Positions 1 to 13,502 are shown, counted from the stretch's first letter. The stretch: DNA of 64,000 nt from an uncultured Gemmatimonadales bacterium (GCA_963816355.1 CAWFKH010000004.1:224001-288000); one strand, 5' to 3'. The notes: generated from the letters alone by a model not told the origin. Numbers and translations: made by a program.

Positions 1-302
1 TGCGCTCCGTATCCGGCGTTCGACGCGCCGGCTCGGCGGCCCTCGACCTCTGCCACGTCGCGAGCGGCTGGTTCGACGGCTTCTGGGAGCTCGTCCTTGC
101 CCCGTGGGACATCGCCGCCGGCACGCTCCTCGTGCGGGAAGCCGGCGGCATCGTGAGCACGCTCGACGGCGACGCCGACGTCCTCCGCGGCGACGGCACC
201 GTGCTCGCGGGCAACCCGGCGCTTCACGCGGCGCTCGGCGAGCTGGTGAGAAACGCGTGGCCGCAGGCGGCCGCGACCGTCGCGGCCGCCGCGGCGAACT
301 GA
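1..302 (+). CDS. suhB: Inositol monophosphatase family protein, 3' part (truncated by window start)
   Basis: Frame starting at nt 3 reads VRRAGSAALDLCHVASGWFDGFWELVLAPWDIAAGTLLVREAGG (IMPase WDxAAG motif); stop TGA 300-302. Not in the ORF track. Confidence 0.9.
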   Translation, partial: RSVSGVRRAGSAALDLCHVASGWFDGFWELVLAPWDIAAGTLLVREAGGIVSTLDGDADVLRGDGTVLAGNPALHAALGELVRNAWPQAAATVAAAAAN

Positions 303-324
303 GGCGGACTCGGATCGGAGCAGG

Positions 325-2550
325 ATGGCGAAGGCGAAGGCGAAGGGTTCCGGAAGGCTGCAGTCGCTGCGGCGATGGGCGCGCGCGCATCCGCGCGCCA
401 TCGCGATCCTCGTCGTCACGCTGGTGGGCGCGGCCGCGGCCCTCGCCGGCATCGCGCTCGGGACGTGGCGCAACGTGTGCAGCAGCTGCCCCTCCGTCGC
501 GCAGATCTACACGTACGAGCCGAAGCAGGCGACCAAGATCCTCGATCACGACGGCGCGCTCATCGCAGAGCTGTACCAGGAGCGGCGCACGCCGGTGAAA
601 CTGTCGCAGTTGCCGGAGCTCGTGCCCGCCACCTTCGTCGCCGTCGAGGACCGGCGCTTCTACCGCCACCACGGCTTCGACTGGATCCGTACGGCCAGCG
701 CGCTCGTCGGCAACGTGCTGCACGGGCACGTGTTCAGCGGCTTCACCGGGGGTGGCAGCACGATCACGCAGCAGCTCGCGCGCAACATGTTCAAGCAGCA
801 CATCGGCTTCAGGCAGCGCTACACGCGCAAGCTGCGAGAGCTGCACGTTGCGCTCGAGCTCGAGCAGGTCTACAGCAAGAAGCAGATCCTCGAGGCGTAC
901 CTCAACCAGATCAACTTCGGCCACGGCTGGTACGGCCTCGAGACCGCCGCCCAGCACTACTTCGGCAAGTCCGCTCGGGATCTCGACGCCGCCGAGACCG
1001 CGCTCCTGGCGGCGCTGCCGAAAGCGCCCTCCCGCTACGACCCGCTGGAGCACCCGCAGCGCGCCACGGCCCGCCGCGACCTCGTGCTCTCGATCATGGC
1101 GGACCAGCACGTCATCACCGAGCAGGAAGCCGCGCGCGCCAAGCGGGAGCCGGTGCCGAGCGAGGCGCACGGCCTCGACGAGGGCACGTTCGCGCCGTAC
1201 TTCGTCGAATGGGTGCGCAAGATCCTCGACGACCGCTACGGCAGCGACATCTATCAGGAGGGCTACCGCGTCTACACGACGCTCGACCTCGGGATGCAGA
1301 AGGCGGCCAACGAGGCGATGGAGTACGGCTGGAAGCGGATCGAGAGCCAGCCCCGCTACCACTGGCCCACCTACGCCGAGGTCCACGATTCGGCGACGAG
1401 CACCGAGAGCGCCTCCACCCGCTACGTTCAGGGCGTCTTCATCGCCATCGAACCGAAGAGCGGCGAGGTGCGCGCCCTCATCGGCGGCCGCGACTTCCAC
1501 GACTCGAAGTTCAACCGCGCGACGCAGGCGCTCCGCCAGCCCGGCTCGGCCTTCAAGCCGTTCGTCTATTCCGCCGCCGTCGCGAGCGGCATTCCCGCCT
1601 CGCACATCGTCGTCGACCAGCCGCTCGAGATCCCGCTCGAGACCGGCGACGTCTACTCGCCGCGCAACTACGAGCGCGAGTTCATGGGCCCGGTCACGCT
1701 GCGCGAGGCGCTGATGAAGTCGATCAACACGGTCGCCGTCCAGCTCGCGCTGGACGTCGGCCTCGAGAGCGTAGCGCAGTACGCGCACCGCATGGGAATC
1801 CGCACCCCGATCCCGCGCTACCCCTCGATCGCGATCGGGTCACCGGACGTCATTCCGCTCCAGATCGCCGGCGCCTACACGACGTTCGCCAACCTCGGCA
1901 CGCACGTCGAGCCGCGCCCGATCCTCCGCGTCGAGGACGCGCAGGGCCGCGTCCTCTGGGACACGCGCCCCGAAACGCGGCAGGTCATGGACTCCGCGCA
2001 CGCCTACATCGTGACCGACATGATGCGCGACGTCGTCGACCACGGCACCGGCTACAACGCGCGCAATCCTCAGCTCGGCAACCTGCCCTACTCCGTCCCC
2101 GTCGCGGGGAAGACCGGCACGACCAACGACGCCACGGACGTCTGGTTCGTCGGCTTCACGCCGGATCTGCTCGCGGCCGTGTGGTTCGGCTTCGACCAGC
2201 CGAAGAAGATCATCCCGGGCGCGGCCGGCGGCGTCTACGCGGCGCCGGTCTTCGGCCGCTTCATGCGGAAGGTCTACATCGACGGCACGGAGGGGGATTC
2301 GCTGCTCCCGGTGCCGGATCCGTGGAGGATGCCGGACGAGCTGATCACACGGGAGATCGACGACGAGTCCGGCCAGCTCGCGACGCAGTGGTGCCCCAGC
2401 GACCACGTGCGCGAGGAGATCTACATCCCCGGCACCGAGCCGACGACCGCGTGCGATCTCCACGGTCCCGGCATCCTCGGCGTCCCGCTGCGCCCGCGCG
2501 TGCCGGCGATCGACCAGCGGCCGCGCCCGGACACGACTTCGCACCGCTGA
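325..2550 (+). CDS. Class A penicillin-binding protein (PBP1A family)
   Basis: N-terminal TM helix; transglycosylase motifs EDRRFYRHHG and GGSTITQQLARN; transpeptidase SAFK, SIN, KTGT. Confidence 0.95.
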   Translation: MAKAKAKGSGRLQSLRRWARAHPRAIAILVVTLVGAAAALAGIALGTWRNVCSSCPSVAQIYTYEPKQATKILDHDGALIAELYQERRTPVKLSQLPELVPATFVAVEDRRFYRHHGFDWIRTASALVGNVLHGHVFSGFTGGGSTITQQLARNMFKQHIGFRQRYTRKLRELHVALELEQVYSKKQILEAYLNQINFGHGWYGLETAAQHYFGKSARDLDAAETALLAALPKAPSRYDPLEHPQRATARRDLVLSIMADQHVITEQEAARAKREPVPSEAHGLDEGTFAPYFVEWVRKILDDRYGSDIYQEGYRVYTTLDLGMQKAANEAMEYGWKRIESQPRYHWPTYAEVHDSATSTESASTRYVQGVFIAIEPKSGEVRALIGGRDFHDSKFNRATQALRQPGSAFKPFVYSAAVASGIPASHIVVDQPLEIPLETGDVYSPRNYEREFMGPVTLREALMKSINTVAVQLALDVGLESVAQYAHRMGIRTPIPRYPSIAIGSPDVIPLQIAGAYTTFANLGTHVEPRPILRVEDAQGRVLWDTRPETRQVMDSAHAYIVTDMMRDVVDHGTGYNARNPQLGNLPYSVPVAGKTGTTNDATDVWFVGFTPDLLAAVWFGFDQPKKIIPGAAGGVYAAPVFGRFMRKVYIDGTEGDSLLPVPDPWRMPDELITREIDDESGQLATQWCPSDHVREEIYIPGTEPTTACDLHGPGILGVPLRPRVPAIDQRPRPDTTSHR

Positions 2551-2556
2551 GCCTCC

Positions 2557-3207
2557 TCAGCGGTCCGGCGCCTCGTCCGCGCGCTTCGCGGGCAGCAGTT
2601 CCACGGCACGCCAGCAGTACCAGCTCACGGCGCTGCGCCACGGCCGGTAGCCGGTCCCGATCAGCTCCGCCTCGCGCGGCGCTGGAGCCGACGCCGTTCC
2701 CAGCACCCGCCCCAGACCCGCGCGCACCCCCAGGTCGCCGACCGGCCAGACGTCCGGCCGCCTCAGGTCGAAGAGCAGGAACATCTCGGCCGTCCACCGC
2801 CCCACGCCGCGAACGCGAATCAGTCGCTGCACCACCTCCTCGTCCGACAGCTCGGCCCACCCGCTCAGCCGCACCTCGCCCGAGGCGACCTTCTCCGCCA
2901 GGTCCCGGATCGCCGCCATCTTGTTGCGCGACAGGCCCGCGCCGCGCAACCGCTCCTCCGGCGCCGCGAGCACCGCCGCCGGCGTCACCTCCCCCTCCAC
3001 GGCCGCCACGAAGCGGCCGTGAATCGTGAGCGCCGCCTTGCCGGCGAGCTGCTGATAGACGATCGCCGCCGCGAGCGACTGGAACGGATCCCCGCGCGGC
3101 GGCCGCAGCCGCACCGGCCCGACCCGCTCGACCAGCGGACCGAACGCCGGATCGGTCCGCAGCCGCTCCGTCGCTTCCGCCCACACCGCCTCCGACTGTG
3201 CCATCAC
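2557..3207 (-). CDS. alkA: DNA-3-methyladenine glycosylase II (HhH-GPD family)
   Basis: AIVYQQLAGKAA; HhH VRGVGRWTAEMFL; PDVWPVGDLG with catalytic Asp. Confidence 0.88.
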   Translation of the reverse strand: MMAQSEAVWAEATERLRTDPAFGPLVERVGPVRLRPPRGDPFQSLAAAIVYQQLAGKAALTIHGRFVAAVEGEVTPAAVLAAPEERLRGAGLSRNKMAAIRDLAEKVASGEVRLSGWAELSDEEVVQRLIRVRGVGRWTAEMFLLFDLRRPDVWPVGDLGVRAGLGRVLGTASAPAPREAELIGTGYRPWRSAVSWYCWRAVELLPAKRADEAPDR

Positions 3208-3244
3208 GCCTCCGCTCGTGCCGGGGCGGTCGCGACCCGGACCG

Positions 3245-4171
3245 TCACGACCGCCGCGCGTCCGTCCCGGCGCCGCGCCGCGCGCCCTCGCCGCTCAGCT
3301 CCCGCGCCACCTCGACTCCGGACGTCGTCACGGCGATCCAGAAGACGCCGGCTAGATATCCGGCGAGCACGTCCGAAGGGTAGTGGACGCCGAGTACGAT
3401 GCGGCTCGTGCCGATCAACAGGATCGCCGCCGCCGCCCCCGCGACGATCGCGAAGGTGCCTCCCCAACCGGTGCGCCCGTAGCGCACCGCGATGTAGGCG
3501 AGCGTGCCGTAGAGCACCACGGCGTCCATCGCGTGGCCGCTCGGAAAGCTCCAGCTCGTCGGCGCGATGATCGGGAAGAGGTGCTGCGGCCGCGGCCGCT
3601 GGACGATCGCCTTCAGCGTGACGTCGATCAGCTTTCCACCCACCACCGTCACCACCCAGCCGATCGCCACCAGACGCCGGCCGCGCAGCAGCAGCAGGAG
3701 CGTGACGCCGGCCACCACCGTCACCATCGCCTTCACGCTGCCCAGCGACGTGATCGCGCCGAAGACGCCGATCTCGGCCGGCGCTACCTGCCGCGTGATC
3801 TGCGACGCCACGGCCGCGTCCACCGCGCGCACCTCGTCGCGCTCGCGCACCCCCCACGCCAGCTCGTCGAACGCCGAGATCGCGAACGCCGCGAGCACGA
3901 GACCGACGGCGACGTGGATCAGCAGATACACGTACGGGCCGACGCGGCGCTTCCGGCCGCCCCGGCCCCGCAGCAGCACGCGCAGCGGCCAGCGCGCCCG
4001 CGCCCAGCGCCAGCCCCGGTCAAGAATTCCCCGCACGCGCCAGATCGCCCACGCGGCCAGACGCGCCAGCAGCAGGAGCGCTCCGACCGCGACCACGACG
4101 GCGACCACGGCGGCAAGGATGATCGCCACGGCGTGGTGAATCGCCCACTCCAGAAGCGAGCTCTCCGCCAT
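3245..4171 (-). CDS. PAP2 family membrane phosphatase
   Basis: Motifs KAIVQRPRP, SFPSGHA, SRIVLGVHYPSDVLAG; several TM helices. Confidence 0.9.
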   Translation of the reverse strand: MAESSLLEWAIHHAVAIILAAVVAVVVAVGALLLLARLAAWAIWRVRGILDRGWRWARARWPLRVLLRGRGGRKRRVGPYVYLLIHVAVGLVLAAFAISAFDELAWGVRERDEVRAVDAAVASQITRQVAPAEIGVFGAITSLGSVKAMVTVVAGVTLLLLLRGRRLVAIGWVVTVVGGKLIDVTLKAIVQRPRPQHLFPIIAPTSWSFPSGHAMDAVVLYGTLAYIAVRYGRTGWGGTFAIVAGAAAAILLIGTSRIVLGVHYPSDVLAGYLAGVFWIAVTTSGVEVARELSGEGARRGAGTDARRS

Positions 4172-4180
4172 CGCGCGGCG

Positions 4181-4399
4181 CTACCCCGTCCCGGCGTACC
4201 GGCGGTAGGCGACGCCGCGAGTGTCGAGCGCGCTGCACAGCGCCGCGACGTCGTCGTCCAGCACCTCGAGCGCGAGGTCGCAGCGCGCGCCGGAGTCCGG
4301 CGGCGAGTGGACCACCTGGACGCCCAGGCGCTCGGCCCCCGCGATCTGCTCCGCCCACAGCGCGTGGTGCGTCGTGTCGAACGTCAGGATCGCGCTCAT
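4181..4399 (-). CDS. Small DUF3343-like protein
   Basis: 72 aa, ILTFDTTHHALWAE...PP...GARCDLAL pattern recalled for DUF3343; overlaps the pdp stop codon. Confidence 0.7.
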   Translation of the reverse strand: MSAILTFDTTHHALWAEQIAGAERLGVQVVHSPPDSGARCDLALEVLDDDVAALCSALDTRGVAYRRYAGTG

Positions 4400-5733
4400 G
4401 CGTCGGCGGCCGCGGCGAGCGTCTCCACTCCCGCGGCGCTCACGCGATGCGACACCAGCGGCAGGGGGGCCGCCATCCCCTCGCCGACCTCGATCGCCGC
4501 GCGCAGCGCCGCAGCGCCGGCCACCGCCGCCGCCTCGGTGCGAGCGAGCACGACACCGAGCGCATCGCCGCGCTCGACCCGATCGCCGGGCCGGGCAAGG
4601 ACGCGGAACCCGACCGCGGGGTCGATCTCCGCATCGCGCGTGCGGCGTCCCGCGCCCAGCGCGACCGCCGCTTCGCCGATCGCGCGTGCCGCGACGCGGG
4701 TCACGCGCCCTGCCCGCTCCGCGCTCACCACCCGCTCGACGGGGGCGCTCGGGAGGCGCGAGACGTCGTCGAGCGCACGCGGGTCTCCACCCTGCGCCTC
4801 CACGATGCGGCGCATCTGCTCGAGGGCGCGACCGTCGTCCAGCGCCGCCGCCGCGATCGAGCGCCCGGTCGCCGCGTCAGCGGCCGCGCCACCCAGGCGC
4901 AGCATCTCCGCCGCGAGCGCCAGCGTGACCTCCCGAAGATCGGCAGGTCCGCCGCCGTGCAGCGCCGCGATCGCCTCCGCCGTCTCGACCGCGTTGCCCA
5001 CCGCCTCGCCCAGCGGCCTGTCCATCGCGGTCACCAGCGCGACCACCTCGCGGCCGTACGCCGATCCGATGCCAATCATCGTGCGCGCCAGCGCGAGCGC
5101 CACCTCCAGCTCCGGCAGGAAGGCGCCGTCGCCGCGCTTGATGTCGAGCACGAGCGCGTCGATCCCTTCCGCCAGCTTCTTGCTCATGATCGAGGAGGCG
5201 ATGAGGGGGATCGACTCGACGGTCGCCGTCACGTCGCGCAACGCGTACAGCTCCCGGTCGAGCGGCGCGATCTCCGCCGTCTGGCCGATCAGCGCGCACC
5301 CCACGGCGTCCAACTGGGCGCGGAAGCGGCCGAGGTCCAGGTCCGTGCGAAAGCCCGGGATCGTCTCCAGCTTGTCCAGCGTGCCGCCGGTGTGGCCGAG
5401 GCCGCGGCCGCTCATCATCGGCACCGCGACGCCGAGCGAGGAAACGAGCGGCGCCAGCACCAGCGAGACCTTGTCCCCCACGCCGCCGGTCGAATGCTTG
5501 TCGACGCGTCCCGTCCCCGTCGGCTCGAGGACCGCGCCGGACCGCAGCATCACCTCCACCAGCGCCGCGAGCTCCGCCTCGTCGAGCCCCCTGAAGTAGA
5601 CCGCCATCAGGAACGCCGACACCTGATAATCCGTCACCGTCTCCGCGGCGAAGCCCTCGAAGAACTCCCGGATCTCCCCTGGTTCGAGCGCACCGCCGTC
5701 CCGCTTTCGGCGGATCAGTTGGTAGGGAATCAT
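4396..5733 (-). CDS. pdp: Thymidine/pyrimidine-nucleoside phosphorylase
   Basis: True start MIPYQLIRRKRDG (ATG 5733) lies inside ORF 4396..7188; DKHSTGGVGDK, SGRGLGHTGGTLDKLE, SSIMSKK. Confidence 0.95.
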   Translation of the reverse strand: MIPYQLIRRKRDGGALEPGEIREFFEGFAAETVTDYQVSAFLMAVYFRGLDEAELAALVEVMLRSGAVLEPTGTGRVDKHSTGGVGDKVSLVLAPLVSSLGVAVPMMSGRGLGHTGGTLDKLETIPGFRTDLDLGRFRAQLDAVGCALIGQTAEIAPLDRELYALRDVTATVESIPLIASSIMSKKLAEGIDALVLDIKRGDGAFLPELEVALALARTMIGIGSAYGREVVALVTAMDRPLGEAVGNAVETAEAIAALHGGGPADLREVTLALAAEMLRLGGAAADAATGRSIAAAALDDGRALEQMRRIVEAQGGDPRALDDVSRLPSAPVERVVSAERAGRVTRVAARAIGEAAVALGAGRRTRDAEIDPAVGFRVLARPGDRVERGDALGVVLARTEAAAVAGAAALRAAIEVGEGMAAPLPLVSHRVSAAGVETLAAAADA

Positions 5734-7322
5734 TCCGGCGGCGCCGTCGCGGCGGCCACCTCCGCCGGGTCCACCAGCACGTGCTCGGGCGGCGGCGGCG
5801 AGGGGGGCGGCGAGCCGCGTTCGATCAGCCCCCACGTGTTGAAGATCGACGCCATCCACTCGTAGATCGTCCCGATCGAGGCGCGCAGCCGCTGCAGCCG
5901 CTCCCGGCGCTCGTCGACGGGCATCGTCAACGCATCGCGGATCCGGCGCGCGAACTCCTCGGGGTCGTACGGATTCACGTCGAGCTGCCCGTCGAGCACT
6001 TCCGACGCCCCCGCGAAACGCGACAGCAGCAGCACGCCCGCGCCATCCACCTGACTCGCCACGTACTCCTTGGCGACCAGGTTCATGCCGTCCGCGAGAG
6101 AGGCGACGATGCAGATGTCCGCCGTCCGGTAGAGCACGGCCAGGCGATCCGACGGCAACGCCTGCTTGATCAGGTGCACCGGCCGCCAGTGCGCCGTCCC
6201 GAAGCGGTCGTTGATCTCCCACACCATCCGCTCGACCTTCTGTGTCAACTCGTCGTACGCCTCGATCGCCGTCCGGCTCGGGACCGCCACCTGCACGAAG
6301 CTCAGCCGCTCGCGGAACTCCGGGAAGCGCTCCCACAGGATGTCGAGCGCCTTCAGCTTCTCCGGGATCCCCTTCGAGTAGTCGAGCCGGTCCACGCCGA
6401 GGCCCAGCCAACCGCCTTCCGGCGCGTAGCGCGAGCGGATCCGCTGCATGCGCGACTCCGCGCCCGGCCGCGACGCGGCGTCGCGGTAACGCGCGGCGTC
6501 GATCGAGATCGGGAAGGCCCGCACGTGACAGGCGTGCTCCTCCTGCGGCACCGTCATCGCCTGCCAGTCGACCTCCGCATCGAGCAGCTCCTCCACGCAG
6601 TGCAGGAAGTTCACGCCATGGGAGGGAAGCTGGAAGCCGAGGAGGTCGTTCGCGAGCAGGCCCCGCAGAAGCTCGACCGCCTGCGGCGCGACGCGGTAGA
6701 TCTCGAGCGGCGGCCACGGAATGTGCCAGAAATGGGCGAGGCTCAGGTCGGGCCGCCGCTCGCGCACCGCCGCCGGCGCCAGCGCCAGATGATAGTCCTG
6801 GAACCATACGACGGCGTCCACGCCGCGCGCCTCGTCGAGCACCGCGTCCGCAAAGCGCCGGTTCACGCGCCGGTAACGCTCCCAGTACCGCTCCCGCACC
6901 CGCGTCAGCGTGGGCCGCAGATGGCACAGCGGCCACAGGAACTGGTTGGCGAAGCCGAGATAGTACCGGTGGATGTCGTGCTGGTCGAGCCACAGCCGGC
7001 GCAACGTGTAGCTCGGGTCCTCCGGCGGCACCCGCACGCGGTCCTGCTCGTCCACCACCTCCGCGTCCGCCTCGCCACTGCCCCACGCGATCCACACCCC
7101 CCCCGCCGCCCGCAGCACCGGGTCCAGCGCCGACGTCAGCCCGCCCGTCGGCCGCCGCACCGAGATCTCCCCCACATCCTCGCCCCACCGATGCTCGTAC
7201 GGCTCGCGGTTGCTCACCACGATGAACCGCTGCTCCGGGAACGCTTCCCGGAACAGCGGCCCCAGCTGCGACGGCAGAACGGTCGACCCCTCCCAGACCT
7301 CGCCCTTCTCCGCTTCCGCCAT
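5730..7322 (-). CDS. otsA: Trehalose-6-phosphate synthase (GT20)
   Basis: VSNREP, GGLTSAL, WFQDYHL, HIPWP, DRLDYSKG, DGMNLVAKEY. Confidence 0.9.
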   Translation of the reverse strand: MAEAEKGEVWEGSTVLPSQLGPLFREAFPEQRFIVVSNREPYEHRWGEDVGEISVRRPTGGLTSALDPVLRAAGGVWIAWGSGEADAEVVDEQDRVRVPPEDPSYTLRRLWLDQHDIHRYYLGFANQFLWPLCHLRPTLTRVRERYWERYRRVNRRFADAVLDEARGVDAVVWFQDYHLALAPAAVRERRPDLSLAHFWHIPWPPLEIYRVAPQAVELLRGLLANDLLGFQLPSHGVNFLHCVEELLDAEVDWQAMTVPQEEHACHVRAFPISIDAARYRDAASRPGAESRMQRIRSRYAPEGGWLGLGVDRLDYSKGIPEKLKALDILWERFPEFRERLSFVQVAVPSRTAIEAYDELTQKVERMVWEINDRFGTAHWRPVHLIKQALPSDRLAVLYRTADICIVASLADGMNLVAKEYVASQVDGAGVLLLSRFAGASEVLDGQLDVNPYDPEEFARRIRDALTMPVDERRERLQRLRASIGTIYEWMASIFNTWGLIERGSPPPSPPPPEHVLVDPAEVAAATAPPE

Positions 7323-7330
7323 CGCACCGC

Positions 7331-7564
7331 CTACAGGTTCAGCCGGCGGCGGCCCGCATCCACCGCGGACCGGACGTCGTCCGTCCAGTCGTCGATCCGC
7401 TCCGACACCGGGCCGCCCCGCTTCCCGATCGCCCGCCGCAGCCGACGCCGCGTCCGCTTTCCGCTCTGCGGCGCCGCCAGCAGCGCCATGCCCGCCCCCA
7501 GCACCATACCCAACGCCAGGCCCGTGATGAAGGCGAACGTCTGCGATTCTTCGTCGTAGTACAT
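7331..7564 (-). CDS. YtxH domain-containing protein
   Basis: FITGLALGMVLGAGMALLAAPQSGKRTRRRL signature; GAGGA Shine-Dalgarno upstream. Confidence 0.85.
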   Translation of the reverse strand: MYYDEESQTFAFITGLALGMVLGAGMALLAAPQSGKRTRRRLRRAIGKRGGPVSERIDDWTDDVRSAVDAGRRRLNL

Positions 7565-7603
7565 GGCGTATTCCTCAGCAGGGGGAAACCATCCCCTTAA
7601 TCA

Positions 7604-7619
7604 TGCAACCGATATGCCC
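7604..7619 (-). promoter_or_regulatory. Putative sigma54 promoter for the ytxH-otsA operon
   Basis: Minus strand GGGCATATCGGTTGCA (GG-N10-GC with TTGC), about 40 nt upstream of the ATG. Confidence 0.6.
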
Positions 7620-7770
7620 GCCGGGGCAAAGAATTCCGGCGGCTCGGCACGCGCCCGGGAGGGGCCGGCGCTTCGCTTGCTCCGCCTCCGCGCCCGGGCT
7701 AGATTCGCCCGCCACGACAGACTGGAGCCTCCGGTGCTGCGCGCCCGCGCGTCCCACTCGGCACCGCGAG

Positions 7771-7786
7771 TGGCACCCGTTGTGCA
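7771..7786 (+). promoter_or_regulatory. Putative sigma54 promoter for the DivK-like/GGDEF operon
   Basis: TGGCACCCGTTGTGCA (TGGCAC-N5-GTGC; GG-N10-GC). Confidence 0.6.
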
Positions 7787-7842
7787 TTCACTCGCCGCCG
7801 TCGGAGCGCGGCCGTGTTCTCACCTGATCCGAGCCAACCGTG

Positions 7843-8232
7843 ATGACGCCGAAGACCGTCCTGATCGTCGAGGACAACGAGGACAACCGGATCGTCTACG
7901 CGACGATCCTGCAGCACCGCGGCTATCGCGTGCTGGAGGCCAGAAACGGCGAGGACGGCGTTCGCATCGCCCGGGAAAGCCGGCCGGACCTCATCCTCAT
8001 GGACATCTCCGTGCCGATCATCAATGGCTGGAAGGCGACGGAAATCCTCAAGGGAGACCCGGACACGGACCACATCCCCGTCATCGCGCTCACGGCCCAC
8101 GCCCTCGCCGAGGACCGCGAGACCGCCAAGTCGGTCGGCTGTGACGGCTATCTCGCCAAGCCGTGCGAGCCCCGCACCGTCATGGCCGAGGTCGAGCGGT
8201 TCATCGGCAAGGCCACCGAAACCACCGACTGA
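7843..8232 (+). CDS. Single-domain response regulator, DivK-like
   Basis: VLIVEDN, PDLILMDI (phospho-Asp), HIPVIALTAHA, YLAKP. Alternative start GTG 7840. Confidence 0.9.
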   Translation: MTPKTVLIVEDNEDNRIVYATILQHRGYRVLEARNGEDGVRIARESRPDLILMDISVPIINGWKATEILKGDPDTDHIPVIALTAHALAEDRETAKSVGCDGYLAKPCEPRTVMAEVERFIGKATETTD

Positions 8233-8241
8233 AGAACGCGG

Positions 8242-11943
<3,702 letters not shown>

Positions 11944-12387
11944 GTGGCAAGGATCCTCGGCATCGATTACGGCGAGCGACGCGTCGGCATCGCCCTCAGC
12001 GACCCCACCGCATCCATCGCCCAGCCCCTCCCCACCCTGCGCCGCCGCCGCGGCAAGCGGCCGCCCGTCGCCGCCGTGCTGCGCCTCGTCGCCGAGCACG
12101 ACGTCGCCGAAATCGTGGTCGGCCTCCCCCTCACCCCCGCCGGCGGCGAGAGCGACTGGACCCGCGAGGTCCGCGAATTCGGCGAGCGCCTCGCGCAGCG
12201 CTCCGGACTTCCCGTCCACTACGTCGACGAGCGCATGACCTCCGCGCGCGCCGAACGCGTCGTGCGCAGCCTCGGCCTCAAGCGCTCGCAACGGGAGCAG
12301 AAGGAGCGCGTCGACGCGGCAGCCGCCATGCTGATCCTGCAGGCACACCTCGACGCCCGCGCGAAAGCGTGCGACGAGCGCCCGTAG
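11944..12387 (+). CDS. ruvX: YqgF/RuvX family nuclease
   Basis: LGIDYGERRVGIA, VGLP, VDERMTS, VDAAAA. Confidence 0.93.
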   Translation: MARILGIDYGERRVGIALSDPTASIAQPLPTLRRRRGKRPPVAAVLRLVAEHDVAEIVVGLPLTPAGGESDWTREVREFGERLAQRSGLPVHYVDERMTSARAERVVRSLGLKRSQREQKERVDAAAAMLILQAHLDARAKACDERP

Positions 12388-13502
12388 AAGCGCCGGCGCG
12401 GCGAACGCGCCCGGCGGCAGAGAGGGCGGGGCGAGTGGCCCTTCTCGCCGCACTTGCGCTCGGCGCCTGCCGCGGCGCCCCTCCCGGGGACCGGACGGAG
12501 CTCGTGCGGGTGCCCCACGGCGCCTCCTTCAGCCGCATAACGGACTCCCTCGCCGTGCACGGCCTCGTCGGCTTCCGCCCCGCCTTCCGCCTCTACGCGC
12601 GGGTCACCGGCGCCGACCGCGCCGTGAAGGCGGGAACCTACCGCTTCGCCAGGGGCGCGAGCTGGGCTCGCATCCTCGGCGACCTGCGCGCCGGCCACGT
12701 CGTCACCGAGCGTCTCGTCATCCCCGAAGCCTGGGACCTGGCCGGCGACGCTCCCCGCATCGCCCGCATCACCCGCCTGCCCACGGACTCGGTGCTCGCC
12801 GTCCTCTCCGACACCGCCGCCCCCGCCCGCTACGGCGTGCCCGGTCCGACGCTGGAAGGCTACCTCTACCCCGCTACCTATACGCTCCCCGTCGGCGTCC
12901 CCCTCGACACCGTGCTCGAGTGGATGACCCGGACGTACAAGCGACAGTGGACCGCGGCCCGACGCGCGCGCGCGGACTCCCTCGGCTTCTCGGAGCGCGA
13001 CGTCGTCACGCTCGCCTCCATCGTGGAGCGCGAAGCGAAACAGCGGAACGAGATGCCGCTCATCGCCTCCGTCTACGAGAACCGCCTCCGCCGACACATG
13101 GCGCTGCAGGCCGATCCCACCGTCCAGTACGCCCTCGGCGGTCACAGGGAACGCCTCGTCTACGCCGCCATCGACAGCGTCGCCGACGATCCGTACAACA
13201 CCTACACCCACCCCGGCCTGCCCCCCGGCCCCATCGCTTCGCCCAGCAGTCGCGCCATCGACGCCGTGCTCCATCCCGATTCTTCAGACTTCCTCTACTT
13301 CGTCGCCACGCCGCTCGGCAATCACGTGTTCAGCCGCACCCTCGCCCAGCACAACGCCGCCAAGCGTCGCATCGCCCGCGACAGGCGCGCCGCGGAGCGC
13401 CGGGCCCGGGCGGATTCCGCCGCCGCCGCGCGCCGGGCGCGGGCGGATTCCGCCGCCGCCGACCGCCAGGCACGGGCGGATTCCGGCGCCGCCCCGTCAT
13501 GA
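12369..13502 (+). CDS. mltG: Endolytic transglycosylase MltG (start uncertain)
   Basis: LEGYLYPATY, LASIVERE, LQADPTVQY, YNTYTHPGLPPGPI, LYFVA, all within ORF 11700..13502. Confidence 0.92.
   Translation: MRRAPVEAPARRTRPAAERAGRVALLAALALGACRGAPPGDRTELVRVPHGASFSRITDSLAVHGLVGFRPAFRLYARVTGADRAVKAGTYRFARGASWARILGDLRAGHVVTERLVIPEAWDLAGDAPRIARITRLPTDSVLAVLSDTAAPARYGVPGPTLEGYLYPATYTLPVGVPLDTVLEWMTRTYKRQWTAARRARADSLGFSERDVVTLASIVEREAKQRNEMPLIASVYENRLRRHMALQADPTVQYALGGHRERLVYAAIDSVADDPYNTYTHPGLPPGPIASPSSRAIDAVLHPDSSDFLYFVATPLGNHVFSRTLAQHNAAKRRIARDRRAAERRARADSAAAARRARADSAAADRQARADSGAAPS
13398..13496 (+). repeat. 3 x 33-bp in-frame tandem repeat at the mltG 3' end
   Basis: Units start at 13398, 13431 and 13464 and encode RRARADSAAAA / RRARADSAAAD / RQARADSGAAP. 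Confidence 0.85.

Noticed and set aside
4396..7188. Apparent long fusion ORFs in the track (also 22513..24231, 28270..30183, 48133..49893, 58062..60410)
   Set aside because: Upstream extensions run through neighbouring genes in another frame; the real starts are internal, as annotated.
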